Source of the DNA: Desulfatiglandales bacterium
GTDB lineage: Bacteria; Desulfobacterota; DSM-4660; Desulfatiglandales; Desulfatiglandaceae
NCBI GenBank assembly: GCA_963662465.1
Contig: OY759599.1
Location: 4,192,001-4,256,000, forward strand
Reading direction: 5' to 3'
Length of the DNA stretch: 64,000 nucleotides
In this document: piece after piece, positions 22,085-30,833 of the stretch
Layout of the letters: each line of letters opens with the position of its first letter
Position numbering within the stretch: the stretch's first letter is position 1
The notes under the pieces: model-generated
What the model was told of the DNA's origin: nothing
Database searches by the model: none
Seen by the model: the letters and a program-made list of their open reading frames with translations, nothing else
Position numbers and translations under genes: made by a program

Positions 22085-22311
22085 GAAATGTCATCCATTG
22101 CCCGGCGAAATACCTCGTCTGCGGGTATGCCACTTGATTTGCCCTCGCGGAACTCTTTCAAACGGCGTTCAGCCTCTTCGAGCCAGAGCCTCTCCACCTC
22201 AGAGTCCGATGGTTCATCCAAGCTGAGCAAAAGCCTTCCGGCCAGCTGTGCTCGTTCCTCGATACCCAATTGAAGAACCGTGGTACTTATCTCATCGAAT
22301 TTATTTTCCAT
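22081..22311 (-). CDS. Addiction module antitoxin (TIGR02574-like)
   Basis: ERAQLA..LLLSLD...WLEEAERR...IPADEVF. Confidence 0.85.
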   Translation of the reverse strand: MENKFDEISTTVLQLGIEERAQLAGRLLLSLDEPSDSEVERLWLEEAERRLKEFREGKSSGIPADEVFRRAMDDIS

Positions 22312-22416
22312 AACTTGCCTCTCCACCTTTTAATTAGTGATTTCCGACCTGTCCGGCAATAAGCGTTGGTCATTATGCGTTTTTTTTCAAATCATTGCAA
22401 TATGCCCTGACCTCGT

Positions 22417-22497
22417 TCACGCAGAGTTCATCCCGTACATCGCTGAAGCGACATACATGAAGGCATTTTCGATCTCTGAAAACAAGCATTTGACCAT
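22417..22497 (-). pseudogene. Possible UPF0158-family N-terminal relic
   Basis: FSEIENAFMYVAS...MNSA followed by a stop. Confidence 0.35.
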
Positions 22498-22499
22498 AA

Positions 22500-22784
22500 T
22501 CAAGCTGCTATCCGCTCGAGATTATCGATATCTACATTTTGTCTTGCTTTCCACAAATCAAATTGAAGTTGAAGCCTTAGCCATCCTTCGGGAGTACGAC
22601 CGAAAACCTTTGAAAGTCTCAAAGCCATCTCAGGACTAATTCCTGATTTCCCGTTCAGGAGCATTGAAAACGTCTTCCTGGTAACGCCAAGAGATTCCGC
22701 TGCCTTGGTAACGGTTAAATTGAGCGGCTCTACACAAAATTCCTTTATCATTTCACCTGGATGAGGTGGGTTATGCATACCCAT
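22500..22784 (-). CDS. higA: HigA family antitoxin (orphan)
   Basis: [23 protein letters not shown]. Confidence 0.9.
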   Translation of the reverse strand: MGMHNPPHPGEMIKEFCVEPLNLTVTKAAESLGVTRKTFSMLLNGKSGISPEMALRLSKVFGRTPEGWLRLQLQFDLWKARQNVDIDNLERIAA

Positions 22785-22796
22785 AACAAACTCCTT

Positions 22797-22937
22797 TAAT
22801 GATAATCTTCATGATTTATCCGCTATATCGCCTACACGCAATCGGTTCGGGAACCACCTCTTTGTTGAACTCCATATCCTGAACGATATCTGCGACCATT
22901 TTTCGGACCCCCTTTAAGGCCGCCTCCGGGGTTCCCC
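22797..22937 (-). pseudogene. HicB-like fragment fused to the last codons (EDYH*) of a deleted HigB
   Basis: TPEAALKGVRKMVADIVQDM...VPEPIACRRYSG, then GAAGATTATCATTAA just before the higA RBS. Confidence 0.6.
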
Positions 22938-22973
22938 AAAGAAATGATCACAAATCCTGCACAAATGTCCCGG

Positions 22974-25900
22974 TTATCTAATCTGGACACGTTGACCGGA
23001 AGAGATGGCCGTTTCGAGTTTTTTTCTCAGTTCGTCCAAGAAGCGGTCAACGTCTTCGGGGGTCTCTAAATATGTGGTATCTGCCAGGTCTGCGGGTTTG
23101 ACAATGCAACGTGGTTTCAGTTTGGGTTTTTTGGCTGGAGGGTCCTCAATGCCGGGCCCTTTTACCGGCTTCTTGACGAATTCCTCCACTTTGGCCATGG
23201 CTTCATCAAATGCCTGCATAGCCTTTTGTTCAGCCTGGGTCAGATGGGCAATGCTATCGATCCCCTCAACCTGTTTATGAAGGCTTTCCAGAGGGCTAAG
23301 GCATGAATACCTTAAACCTCCGTCTCCCTGCGCCGAATCCAACTCCTTCGTCATTTCAGAGATGAGCCCATCTATCTTGGCGACAGCTTCGCTGCGACGC
23401 TGCGTCACCATTATCGTATTGACTTTGCTGACAGTGCCAATAAGCCCTTCGGCTTCATGAACCATCTTATAGGGCGCCGGGGCATCCAGAATCTCTTTCA
23501 TCCGCCTCAGAGCCGGTGCTGCCAGGTCATCTCTTTCAAGCTCAAAACTATTCAACTGAAACCTCTGATAAGCCGATCGGAGCTTTTCCCATGTGGGCCT
23601 TTGATTATCATAAAACTGTTCCAGATTATGGAATTCGTCGGATAGATCCAGGAGATCTTCCCTGTGTTGGTTGAATCGCTCAATGAATTTGTAGCTCTCA
23701 TCACAGGCCAGGAGAGGCTTGACCACGGCCAATGCCTCCTCGATCTCCGCCTTACCCGGATAGTTCCCGGTATCAGCCAGGGGCTTGAAGGTACTTAATG
23801 CGGTTTCCCAGGCCTTGAGTTGGCCCTGCAAAAAGTCAAAAAGGGCGTCCTCGTTGTCCGGACCCATCTTGGAGAAAAGATCCTGACCCAGTTGACGAGC
23901 CTTCTGGATTTCCTCTATTGGGGGTCGCCTGCGTCTTTGGATTGTAATCTTGCGCCACTTGGCAGGGGTCTTGATATTTTCGTAAACCTTGTCCAGGGGC
24001 AGTGTGTCCCCTTCCATTCTGAGGCTGATCTCACCGACGGCGAGCAGGCGAGCCAACAAGAGGAGTACCTCCAGGTCGGGCCAGCCATAAGGCCGAACGG
24101 CATATCGTTTCAGGATGACATCATAAAGCACCATTGTATGATGCTTGAGCCTACAGAGGTCAACATAGCTACGAAGATCCTCCATCGCTTGCGGGTTGTT
24201 CTCTTCCAGGTTGAGCGCAAGGGTTAGCTGGGATACATCGTTGCTCCGGAGAAGCGCCTGGATTTCCTTTTGAGGATCAGGATGGAGATACTTGAGATAG
24301 CCCATCTTGAAAAATGAGTTGGTGATCAGATATTCCAGGGCCTCGGACAGGCAGGCTCCGGGAGCTGAAGCCTTGATTTTGAGTCCCTGCCCAACAGCGA
24401 AGTAGGATGCCTCGGTGAGCATGTCGCCCAGAAGGTTGGTCAAAAGCTCCCTGCGACCACGGTTGTCGTCGGCATTGTCCCGAAGGATTCGCCTGGAGGA
24501 ATCGGGGAGGCCGCTATCACTCTTGGTCTTGAGGTATTTATCGGTCTGGGCATATATGCGGAGTTCCCGGCCCAACCTTTCGTTATCCTGTAAGCGGATA
24601 ATGATCTGACCCCCCTCGTTGCTGCTTTCAAGCACAGATTTACCATCATTGTATAGTGGGTATTCATCGGCCAGGGGGGAGACTACGGAAACGATCAACC
24701 CACCCTCCACACGACCGCCCACAGGGTGCATGTCGCAGATCCGGTTGAAGGTGAAATCCATCTTGTTCTTGGAATAGCGATGTTTACGCAGGCCCTTGAG
24801 GACATCCTCGAAAATGAATTCTCCCAATAGCTGGGCCTCTTCCGCGCCGCCTATATCGACAATCTCGATCTCCCGTTTGATGTCCCTCTCCTCATTTGTA
24901 AGGAAGAAGTAGTTCTCACCGCTTCGGTTGATCAAGGTTTCATTTTCAAGCCTCTGGAGGCTCTCTTCAATTTGGCGGCGAAGGGTCAGCCGGTCCGCAT
25001 CGATCTCGTTGAGGCACAGGGTGACCAGGTTGTCCACACTGCCCTTGATCTCTTCAACATACCTTATCAGGAACAGCACCCGCAGTAGCTTGATATCGAA
25101 GGGTTCAAGGCTCGGGTTTTCGGAAGCCTGCTCGATGGTGCGCTTCACGGTTGTATCGAGGAAACTTTCTATGGAAGGATAGAAATCATAGAGGGGGACC
25201 AGCACCCCTACATCTTTGAGGGCAACGTTCTGAGCGGCAGACTGGAAGGCATCCAGCATGGATCTTTCGCCCTTGGCCAGATGGAGTCCGGTGGCGCCTA
25301 CGCGACGGATAACCTCGAAGATTTTCTGGAGAAGGCGAAACTGGTATGGGGCAAAGGGATAGTTGTCGGCAAAATCATCCCCGTCGGCATAGGGTTTGAG
25401 GGTCATACCGCAATCCCTGAAGGTCAGTTGGTGACGGAGGATGTCGCCTTTTTCGGCAAAAATGGCCTTGAGGTCCCCTACCACGCTCTCCTCTTTTTCC
25501 AGCAGCCGTTTTTGGATGACCTCATCGGCATTGGCGCTGGAGAGCGATAACCGGGTCTGGAACCTGCCCTGAATCTTAGAGAAATCATTCTTGGTGGCGG
25601 TTCTGAGTTCACCTAAGATTTTATCGATTTCCTCCTGGGACGTAACAATCACCCAGGCTCTCCCCTCGCAAAGGGTGCCCAGGTCTTCCGTGACGGTCTG
25701 AAGATTGAGCATCAAATGGCCGTCCGTGCCGATGAATTGCCCGATCTCATCCACGAGGAAGACGAGGCGATGATCGGGACCTCGGGAATCGAGATACGCC
25801 TTGACCCAGTTAGCAAAGTTTTCGACGGTGAGCGAGAAGTTGTTTTCGGCGTTATCGATCCATTTCTCCGCTGATTCCCGGCTTTGGTCCAAAGTTCGCA

Positions 25901-26555
25901 CAAAGGCCTCCACCACCTGATCGCGGTTGAATTCATAGGCGTCACGCTCTTCCGTCCATTCGGTCCGGGTGACATCCCTGTAGGCATTATGGAATGCTTT
26001 AAGCTTCCCCTGGTTGTCCAGGTAACGCTCAAGGTGTGCAATGTGGGGATGGTCCCCGTCATACCCCTGCATTTCGTTTAAAACCTTCAGGAAGACGGCG
26101 AGGATGGCGTCTCGACCTGCCTTGCTGTCGGCCTTGCTGTCGATGTTGAAGAGGATCACGTCGGTATTGGAAGCCACGGCCCGCTTGATATCTCCGAAAA
26201 GCATGGCGTCTTTCACTTTTCCGTCGAAGAATTCAACCGGCCTTTTAGTGTCGCCTTCATAGGAGTGCAGCCTGTTGCCCAGGAGATAGGACAGCACTTT
26301 CAGGAAATGGGACTTCCCGGAACCGAAGAAACCGGATATCCAAACCCCCATCTTTCCGGTAACGGCCGGGTCTCCGGGGTTGTCCACGACATTCAGGTAG
26401 GCGGACAGAAACTTCCCGAAATGTTTATCCAGTTCTTTGGTGATGACAAATTCGTCCAGTTCCTGCCACACGGAGCGGTCGTCTAATTGGTGGGCCTTGA
26501 CCACACCGTTGATGGAGCGGAAAATGTCTTTCTTGAACAAACTCTTGATTTGCAT
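22974..26555 (-). CDS. brxC: BREX P-loop ATPase BrxC
   Basis: GVWISGFFGSGKSH, LVDEIGQF, FSKIQGRF, YPFAPYQ, GERSML. Confidence 0.95.
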   Translation of the reverse strand: MQIKSLFKKDIFRSINGVVKAHQLDDRSVWQELDEFVITKELDKHFGKFLSAYLNVVDNPGDPAVTGKMGVWISGFFGSGKSHFLKVLSYLLGNRLHSYEGDTKRPVEFFDGKVKDAMLFGDIKRAVASNTDVILFNIDSKADSKAGRDAILAVFLKVLNEMQGYDGDHPHIAHLERYLDNQGKLKAFHNAYRDVTRTEWTEERDAYEFNRDQVVEAFVRTLDQSRESAEKWIDNAENNFSLTVENFANWVKAYLDSRGPDHRLVFLVDEIGQFIGTDGHLMLNLQTVTEDLGTLCEGRAWVIVTSQEEIDKILGELRTATKNDFSKIQGRFQTRLSLSSANADEVIQKRLLEKEESVVGDLKAIFAEKGDILRHQLTFRDCGMTLKPYADGDDFADNYPFAPYQFRLLQKIFEVIRRVGATGLHLAKGERSMLDAFQSAAQNVALKDVGVLVPLYDFYPSIESFLDTTVKRTIEQASENPSLEPFDIKLLRVLFLIRYVEEIKGSVDNLVTLCLNEIDADRLTLRRQIEESLQRLENETLINRSGENYFFLTNEERDIKREIEIVDIGGAEEAQLLGEFIFEDVLKGLRKHRYSKNKMDFTFNRICDMHPVGGRVEGGLIVSVVSPLADEYPLYNDGKSVLESSNEGGQIIIRLQDNERLGRELRIYAQTDKYLKTKSDSGLPDSSRRILRDNADDNRGRRELLTNLLGDMLTEASYFAVGQGLKIKASAPGACLSEALEYLITNSFFKMGYLKYLHPDPQKEIQALLRSNDVSQLTLALNLEENNPQAMEDLRSYVDLCRLKHHTMVLYDVILKRYAVRPYGWPDLEVLLLLARLLAVGEISLRMEGDTLPLDKVYENIKTPAKWRKITIQRRRRPPIEEIQKARQLGQDLFSKMGPDNEDALFDFLQGQLKAWETALSTFKPLADTGNYPGKAEIEEALAVVKPLLACDESYKFIERFNQHREDLLDLSDEFHNLEQFYDNQRPTWEKLRSAYQRFQLNSFELERDDLAAPALRRMKEILDAPAPYKMVHEAEGLIGTVSKVNTIMVTQRRSEAVAKIDGLISEMTKELDSAQGDGGLRYSCLSPLESLHKQVEGIDSIAHLTQAEQKAMQAFDEAMAKVEEFVKKPVKGPGIEDPPAKKPKLKPRCIVKPADLADTTYLETPEDVDRFLDELRKKLETAISSGQRVQIR

Positions 26556-26566
26556 AAGTGCCTCGC

Positions 26567-27142
26567 TTATGGGACCAGTTTGAAGGCTCTGTAATAGTTG
26601 TTGCTCTTGATCTTCCCGAATAACCGAAGGGCCTGTCCATCATATCGGCCCGGATAAAACATCACAAGCGGCGTCTGCCCCATGACCGTTTGCAGGTTAT
26701 TGAGCAGGTTGTGGGATCGGACCAGGGGCCAGACACTCCCAACACCTGAAACGAGCACGAGGTCCTGCTCCTCCGGCTGCGCGACTGCCACAAATATCCG
26801 CACCAGTTTTTCGGACTTCAGTGGCCCACGGAGGGCCTTGTGGAGGGCCTTGTCGCCCTTGTCCCTTTGCATCCGGAAGGATTTCTCAAGCAGATTTCGC
26901 TCCTTGAGATGATTAACGATGAGATCGAAGAGGTTGACATGCATTACCCTGAGTCCGGGCCGGTTTTTGGGGATGTGGGCCATGAGAAATTGAATATGTT
27001 CCCGGACGCGGAGTTCCGCCTCGGGCGGGTAGTCAAAAATATAAAAGGCAATTTCGTTCCCAAGGCCTTTGCCGCTGAGAAATTCGGGGGAAATGACCTT
27101 TGGGAGGATTTCATTTAGGCGCTCGGTCAGTACATCTGTCAT
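26567..27142 (-). CDS. brxB: BREX protein BrxB (DUF1788)
   Basis: GLGNEIAFYIFDYPP, MFYPGRYDG, YYRAF. Confidence 0.95.
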   Translation of the reverse strand: MTDVLTERLNEILPKVISPEFLSGKGLGNEIAFYIFDYPPEAELRVREHIQFLMAHIPKNRPGLRVMHVNLFDLIVNHLKERNLLEKSFRMQRDKGDKALHKALRGPLKSEKLVRIFVAVAQPEEQDLVLVSGVGSVWPLVRSHNLLNNLQTVMGQTPLVMFYPGRYDGQALRLFGKIKSNNYYRAFKLVP

Positions 27143-27750
27143 GGTGAAACCTTAATACAACGGAGGACGTAGTGTTCGTCATGACTCTCCAGGTATTGAA
27201 GCACCTGCGAGGCAATATGGACCGTTTGCAGTTTTCTGGATCGGGTGCTTTCGATATAGCCTGCCTGGGCCAGGATCTGGAAGACGGATGACCGGAGACG
27301 TTTCCTGGTAGATTCGTTCCAGATGGGCATATGGGGATCACGGCCCCGGCAATCATCCAGGTAATCTTCCCAACATCTATTGGATAGGGTTGTGGTGAAT
27401 ACCCGGTAATGCTCCCGGACAACCAGATCGAGAAAGTCTCCCAGAAGAGGACTATGCTTGATGGCCGAGGCCAGGACGGCATGGGTAGAGACTTCACCCG
27501 TACCGTCCCGAACGAGCTCCCAAAGATCGGTTTCCATGGTCTCCAAACGGCCACGGATAAGCCGGGCAAAGCGCCTGGCGGTTTCAGGACTCCGGGCCTG
27601 GAGCACGTTCATATTTATGACTGCCTCGTCCCAGGCCCGTTTGTCAACACCACGGAGAAGCAGATCAGCGATGATCCTGCTCTCTGAAACCTTAAGCGAT
27701 CCTGCCGTAATGTCAGCCTTGTATCTCAATGAAAAGGCCTTCCCGATCAC
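27139..27750 (-). CDS. brxA: BREX protein BrxA (DUF1819)
   Basis: YKADITAGSLKVSESRIIADLL, LAQAGYI. Confidence 0.93.
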   Translation of the reverse strand: MIGKAFSLRYKADITAGSLKVSESRIIADLLLRGVDKRAWDEAVINMNVLQARSPETARRFARLIRGRLETMETDLWELVRDGTGEVSTHAVLASAIKHSPLLGDFLDLVVREHYRVFTTTLSNRCWEDYLDDCRGRDPHMPIWNESTRKRLRSSVFQILAQAGYIESTRSRKLQTVHIASQVLQYLESHDEHYVLRCIKVSP

Positions 27751-28142
27751 AAAACTTTCGGGTTGTTATACCACACCTGATTGACAGATAGGGTCACAGC
27801 GAAAATATTTTTTCAATTTTCGAAGACTTTCGATCATTTATTTAACGCCCTTCGGAGCATATTCCGTGTTTCCATCCTTGTCAACACTGGTTTATTATGG
27901 GGGATACTGTAACTGCACGGTTTCTAAGGATTTGCCGCTTTGAGCGCAGCGAATGTGCTGACCAACCCAATTTTCATGCTACACGTTCCGATTCGTTATT
28001 CACCAAGGCGCAGGGTCTACAGAATCAAATGTAGGTGAAAGCTGAAACGTGCTCCTAATCGCCCAATGCTTTAAAACACGATATCATGAACTTTTGTCAG
28101 ATCCGGTCACAAACGAAGACTTTTTTTAAAAAAACATAAATT

Positions 28143-28355
28143 CAGAGTTCGGGAAAAATTCAGGGTTTTAGACATAAGCATTTGAAAAAAGGGCATTAGT
28201 AATTCTCAAGATCTGCTGTGCATTTCGTTTGAGATCTTAAAAAATAAGATGGATTTTGCGTGATGAAGCTCATTGTAGCTAAAGTTATGCCAACCTTCTT
28301 GCTATTGCCGCGCACAGTTTTACTTGAGAAATAAGGGGTAATTTCCCGAACTCTG
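28143..28355. mobile_element. MITE, 213 bp, with 14-bp TIR CAGAGTTCGGGAAA and 5-bp TSD AAATT
   Basis: Perfect IRs at 28143-28156 and 28342-28355; AAATT at 28138-28142 and 28356-28360. Confidence 0.85.
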
Positions 28356-28898
28356 AAATTGTAATTCTGGAGAGAAAATTGCGACTTCAGCAGGAAAATT
28401 CTGCAAGCTAACGACCAACTTCTGAGAATACGGGAATCTGTACTAACTGCTATCTATTTCAGGCGTGTAACCGCTACAAATAACTGCAATATCAATAATA
28501 TATGTCAGAAATATTTCGTCTCAATATGTTTAGGGGCGGTCAAGAAATCAAAGCATGGAGGAGAGTTTGAAAAGAACCGATATCTCAGGTTTGTCAGGAC
28601 CCCGAATTTAGGATGAAGACAAATCAAAGGACTTACTGAGGCCCCCCGTTATTGGGGGAAGCCTCATTGATGAAGTCCTGAACAGGATTTTAGCTTTTGC
28701 AGGAGCCGTCCTTTTTCCGGTCTCTGCTTTGCTGTTTGGCCATAGTCATCGGGTTATGGTAATTACGTAATCAGGGTAATCTGCGGAAGGGCAGGATCTG
28801 ATATGCAGAACAAAGAATTTTGTTGGTGAATCATATTCGATTATAGTAAAGTAACAACTGTCAAGAAAAATACTGACCTCCAGAATGTTACGATCGTT

Positions 28899-29291
28899 AT
28901 GGGTTATCAAAAGAGAATCCATTTTTTTGTTGCTTTTTTCCTGCTCTGCGCTGTTTTCTCTAACGGTGCATTGGCAGAAGCCTGTTTCTGCGGACAAGCC
29001 TGCCTGCATGGCCCGCAACATAAAGTGAAATTTGCGGTTAACCTCCCCTTTCATATGCGTTGCACAGGGACTCTGTGCAAAAGTTGTGTTTTGGAAAAAG
29101 GCCAAACATCAATAGCCGTCAATTCTGCAGCACGAACATATCATGTGAAAATTCGCTATATTGCCAACCTGAATCCACTTATCGATTCCCCTTCCGCTTG
29201 TCATATTTTTGTAGATAGGGGATCTTTTACTGCCCACAGAGTAGTTTCCTCAGCGCCAATTTACCTCCAAAACCTTTCCATTCTTTGTTGA
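28899..29291 (+). CDS. Small Cys/His-rich exported or membrane hypothetical protein
   Basis: Hydrophobic N-terminus, CFCGQAC and CKSC. Confidence 0.5.
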   Translation: MGYQKRIHFFVAFFLLCAVFSNGALAEACFCGQACLHGPQHKVKFAVNLPFHMRCTGTLCKSCVLEKGQTSIAVNSAARTYHVKIRYIANLNPLIDSPSACHIFVDRGSFTAHRVVSSAPIYLQNLSILC

Positions 29292-29470
29292 TCCAGCAAG
29301 GATTTCTTCACTGCCATAAAAAAACATCGTTCTATTTAAAAGCACCTTCATTCATGCCGGAACACGGGCCGGGTGCGATTGGTGGCGGATCGTTAACCAT
29401 GCTGATGAAATACTTATTTTTGGCCCTTTTTAGATGAACACAAGAAAGAAAGCCGGATGGGAGCTGAGAC

Positions 29471-30213
29471 GTGAAAACAAACATTTTCAAATTGGGTGAG
29501 TACAAAATCATTGAATCTGATGATCGATATTTGAGATGGGAAGCCCATTCCGGCATAGGTGAGATAAAAGAAGGCAGGTGCTTTCAAAAAGGGTCGATCC
29601 TGTTCATTGGACCGCCGGAAAGCCGACGTGACGGTTTTTTGAAGTTCGAGTTTATGGCGCATCTTAAAGGATTCCCTGACTGGGGCTTGGCCTTTCAGTT
29701 GTTCACGGTATTGTCAATAGCCACAACGGAAGAATTTCGGTGGAGAGCAAAGCAGGAAAAGGAACGTCATTCAAAGTACTATTCCCGGCCGTTGAAAAGC
29801 AGATCCCGGAAAAACCAAAAAAGTTGGAGGAACTCCCCACTGGACAGGAAAGAATTCTGTTTGTTGACGATGAAAACGCAATGATGAGCCTGAATCAGCA
29901 GCGGTTGGAGAGACTCGGATATAGGGTCACAGGGAAGACCGATCCTTCTGAAGCCCTTGAGTTTTTCCGCTTCGATCCAAATCAATTTGACCTGGTGATT
30001 ACCGACATGACCATGCCCCACATAACCGGCGACAGGCTGGCGGCAGAAGTTCTGAAAATTCGGCCGCGCATGCCGGTGATCATCTGTACCGGCTACAGCG
30101 AGAGGATGTCTGAAAAGAAAGCGGAGGCCCTCGGTGTACGCAAATACATTGAGAAGCCCATAGACTTGCGGAATCTAGCTTCATTGATTCGAGAGGTTTT
30201 GGATGAGAAATAA
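29471..30213 (+). pseudogene. Chimera of a hypothetical gene 5' part and a hybrid-kinase 3' part (G2 box + REC)
   Basis: At ~29680 the frame switches to GLGLSVVHGIV...GKGTSFKV, then REC ILFVDDE...ITDMTMP...KP. Confidence 0.7.
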
Positions 30214-30510
30214 TCAATAGAATCAGTCTGATTTCGTTGGCAGACGTTCAGCAGCTGTCCGATCACGTGAACACCGGAGGCATCAGATGAAAGCGGGGAA
30301 AGCAGTCAGTGAAACGGGCGAATGACGGCCAATCAGACTGGTGCGCCCCGCATACCTTTTGGCTATTCTGACAGGCGGTTCATAACGTGAAGCAAATGCA
30401 AATCTGCGGGAATCCCAACATTGGAACGGTAACATCCCCTGGCTACCCGGCAAAAACCACACCACTTTTAAGCCCCTCTAAAAATGTGCTATTTTTTTAA
30501 GTAAAATTTC

Positions 30511-30539
30511 TTGACAAAGCCGATTAGTTGCACTAAAGT
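30511..30539 (+). promoter_or_regulatory. Sigma70 promoter
   Basis: TTGACA-17 nt-TAAAGT. Confidence 0.75.
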
Positions 30540-30569
30540 TTTCTTTCAGTTTAAAGACACAATGAATGC

Positions 30570-30655
30570 TTCCTACAATGGCGTGGGGAGATCTTTTATT
30601 TGATGAGCGACAAAGGCGTCCGCATTTTCCCTCTCAGGGAAGGACGCCTTTTTTT
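30570..30655 (+). promoter_or_regulatory. ANTAR-type dual hairpin and terminator, copy 1
   Basis: CTAC-AATGGC-GTGG and GAC-AAAGGC-GTC; the second overlaps terminator AAAGGCGTCC...GGACGCCTTT(T)n. Confidence 0.8.
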
Positions 30656-30702
30656 ATTTTGCCTGAATTTTTAACAATATAATAAATTCATAACGACCCT
30701 TT

Positions 30703-30790
30703 CCCTACAATGACGTGGCAAAGGTCTCGTTAGACAAGCGACAAAGGCGTCCTTTATTTTCTCTTAATGGGGAAAAGGCGCCTTTTTTTA
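30703..30790 (+). promoter_or_regulatory. ANTAR-type dual hairpin and terminator, copy 2
   Basis: CTAC-AATGAC-GTGG and GAC-AAAGGC-GTC; terminator AAAGGCGTCCTT...AAGGCGCCTTTTTTT. Confidence 0.8.
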
Positions 30791-30833
30791 TTTAAACCAT
30801 ATTTTTTAACAATATAACATAAGGAGAAAAACC

